IMG/VR virus record: IMGVR_UViG_3300037510_000387
DNA: 64,000 bases
Direction: 5' to 3' (one strand)
Source of the DNA: a virus
Below the pieces are notes generated by a model. The model saw nothing but the letters and a program-made list of their open reading frames with translations. It did not search any database and had not been told where the DNA came from. Below, piece by piece: positions 62,757 to 64,000 of this stretch (position 1 is its first letter; every line of letters starts with the position of its first letter). The position numbers and the translations under genes were made by a program.

Positions 62757-63746
62757 CTAATAACCGCGAAGGCCACCCATCGCAGCCCCAGCAGCCGTAC
62801 GGGCCGCAGCCCCTGTTCCCGGTCCCAGTCCTCCACCACCAAAGCTTGCGAGACGCTGACGCAGCAGGTTGGCGTATGGGCTCGCACCGGGTTGCTGCTG
62901 TTGCTGCTGGGCGATTCCGGCTGCGCCACCGTTGGGCAAGGGCTTGCCCCCAGGCGCCCCCCCCGCCTGCTGAGCTGCATAACTCATGAGATCGCCAAAA
63001 TTCCGAACGCCCGGTGGCACGGGGTATTTCATGCCCCCCGTCATGGCCTCCATTTCGCCACGAGCCCACCGACTACCAGCCCCCTGGCCCGAGGGATTGG
63101 CCATGTTGAATCCGCCGTCCACGTTGGTCGGCCCATAGTTCGTCACGGGGCCCATGCTGGGGCCGCCAGCGCCGCCCGAGCCGCCCGGACCCGTCATCCC
63201 GAGCTGCGACCGCAGACTGCTGATCGCGTTGTCGATGTTGCCCGCGGCGCTCGGGTCCTGGACACCGAGCTGTTGGCCGGCACGCCCGAACATGCCCGCG
63301 GGTCCGGCTTGACCATTCTGCATGCCGTCCATCGAGGCGATTCCAGGAGCGCCACCGGGGAACGCGCCAGGACGTCCATCCATGGTCATCATGTCGCCGA
63401 TCGGCAACGGCAGACGGCCAGCACCAAACGGGCCGCCAGCACCGGGAACACCACCAGCGCCGCCCGGAGGAACCGCCGTTCCGGGCGCTCCTGGCATGAT
63501 CGCGATGCCTCCGGTCGAGGGATCCCCGCGGCCGGCCCCGGGCTTGAGGGTCGCGGGGTCGAAAGGCGGCGGGGTTCGAGCCCCGGGCGGTGGCTGTGCA
63601 GGAGGTTGCGTGGGCTGCGCACCCGGCTGCCCGGTCTGGAGCCGTCGCTGGGCCGCGGCGCCGAGCTGCTGGACACCGCCATGAGCGCCCGTGAGCGTGG
63701 TGCCCTGGGCGCCAGTGAGGTTTTGACGGTACGGCTTTGTGGCCAT
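62757..63746 (-). CDS. Gly/Pro/Ala/Gln/Met-rich low-complexity protein
   Basis: AAAGGAG RBS; 329 aa, almost all low complexity. Confidence 0.75.
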   Translation of the reverse strand: MATKPYRQNLTGAQGTTLTGAHGGVQQLGAAAQRRLQTGQPGAQPTQPPAQPPPGARTPPPFDPATLKPGAGRGDPSTGGIAIMPGAPGTAVPPGGAGGVPGAGGPFGAGRLPLPIGDMMTMDGRPGAFPGGAPGIASMDGMQNGQAGPAGMFGRAGQQLGVQDPSAAGNIDNAISSLRSQLGMTGPGGSGGAGGPSMGPVTNYGPTNVDGGFNMANPSGQGAGSRWARGEMEAMTGGMKYPVPPGVRNFGDLMSYAAQQAGGAPGGKPLPNGGAAGIAQQQQQQPGASPYANLLRQRLASFGGGGLGPGTGAAARTAAGAAMGGLRGY

Positions 63747-63787
63747 CGGAACGGGCTCCTTTCACGGGGCCAGCGGCAAAGTTACGG

Positions 63788-63955
63788 TTAGGGTTCCTTG
63801 TCCGGGGTCGTGGGCATCGAGGCCGGAGTCGAATCCGGCATGCCGTGCCAGTCGCCGTCCGGTCGAATCGACATGCCGTCACCCTCCTTGTCGGGAGTCG
63901 TGGGCATCGCATCGGGAGTTGAATCATCGATCCCGCGCCAGTCCATTTTGCTCAT
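63788..63955 (-). CDS. 55-aa peptide with internal 20-aa duplication (not in ORF track)
   Basis: AGGAG RBS; DWRGIDDSTPDAMPTTPDKE / DWHGMPDSTPASMPTTPDKE. Confidence 0.75.
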   Translation of the reverse strand: MSKMDWRGIDDSTPDAMPTTPDKEGDGMSIRPDGDWHGMPDSTPASMPTTPDKEP

Positions 63956-64000
63956 TAGTCAGTTCTCCTGCTAGGTTTGGATAAGCACCACGCGAATGTC

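Noticed and set aside
63788-63955. RiPP (graspetide-like) precursor with repeated cores
   Set aside because: No leader peptide and no ATP-grasp or other maturase visible; flanking genes are phage packaging genes
1-64000. Window is a complete circular genome
   Set aside because: Joining the ends gives an RBS at 1-14 with no sensible ORF, and the right end is the tail of a gene (DIRVVLIQT*) whose start is missing
1-64000. Alternative genetic code or stop-codon reassignment
   Set aside because: Core genes (TerL, portal, MCP, PolA, helicase) are uninterrupted under the standard code and use TAA, TAG and TGA as stops

Overview
A 64 kb segment of a high-GC tailed dsDNA phage with podovirus-like virion genes, probably most of a genome whose ends do not join inside this window. 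It has three blocks. (1) A leftward block (12.5 kb to 1) holds SLOG/DUF2493, a non-canonical tRNA-Ala, an RNA ligase, ThyX and DUF3310, followed by a second cluster of capsid-related genes and an HNH endonuclease. (2) A rightward early/replication block (13.4-39.1 kb) holds small host-takeover genes, an RHH regulatory switch, a DinG-like helicase, a PD-(D/E)XK nuclease, an AAA ATPase, an ERCC4 nuclease, a TopoVI-A/Spo11-like protein and a UDG-PolA fusion. (3) A leftward morphogenesis block (64 to 39.1 kb) holds TerS, TerL, portal, scaffold, an N4-gp56-like major capsid protein (MCP), adaptor, tail hub and ejection proteins including a large polyvalent protein. I recognised no integrase, primase, replicative helicase, phage RNA polymerase, endolysin or CRISPR array. 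The most unusual observations are: a stand-alone PAS sensor domain translationally coupled to a holin-like gene in the tail operon; a Tat-signal protein carrying a conserved copy of the MCP N-terminal arm; a 212-nt rod-shaped hairpin with symmetric bubbles (6S-RNA-like or ssDNA-origin-like); a promoter-driven ~150-nt structured RNA ahead of the odd tRNA-Ala and the RNA ligase; and long structured leaders with anti-Shine-Dalgarno elements upstream of the capsid genes. All protein family calls come from motif recognition by eye, with no database searches.
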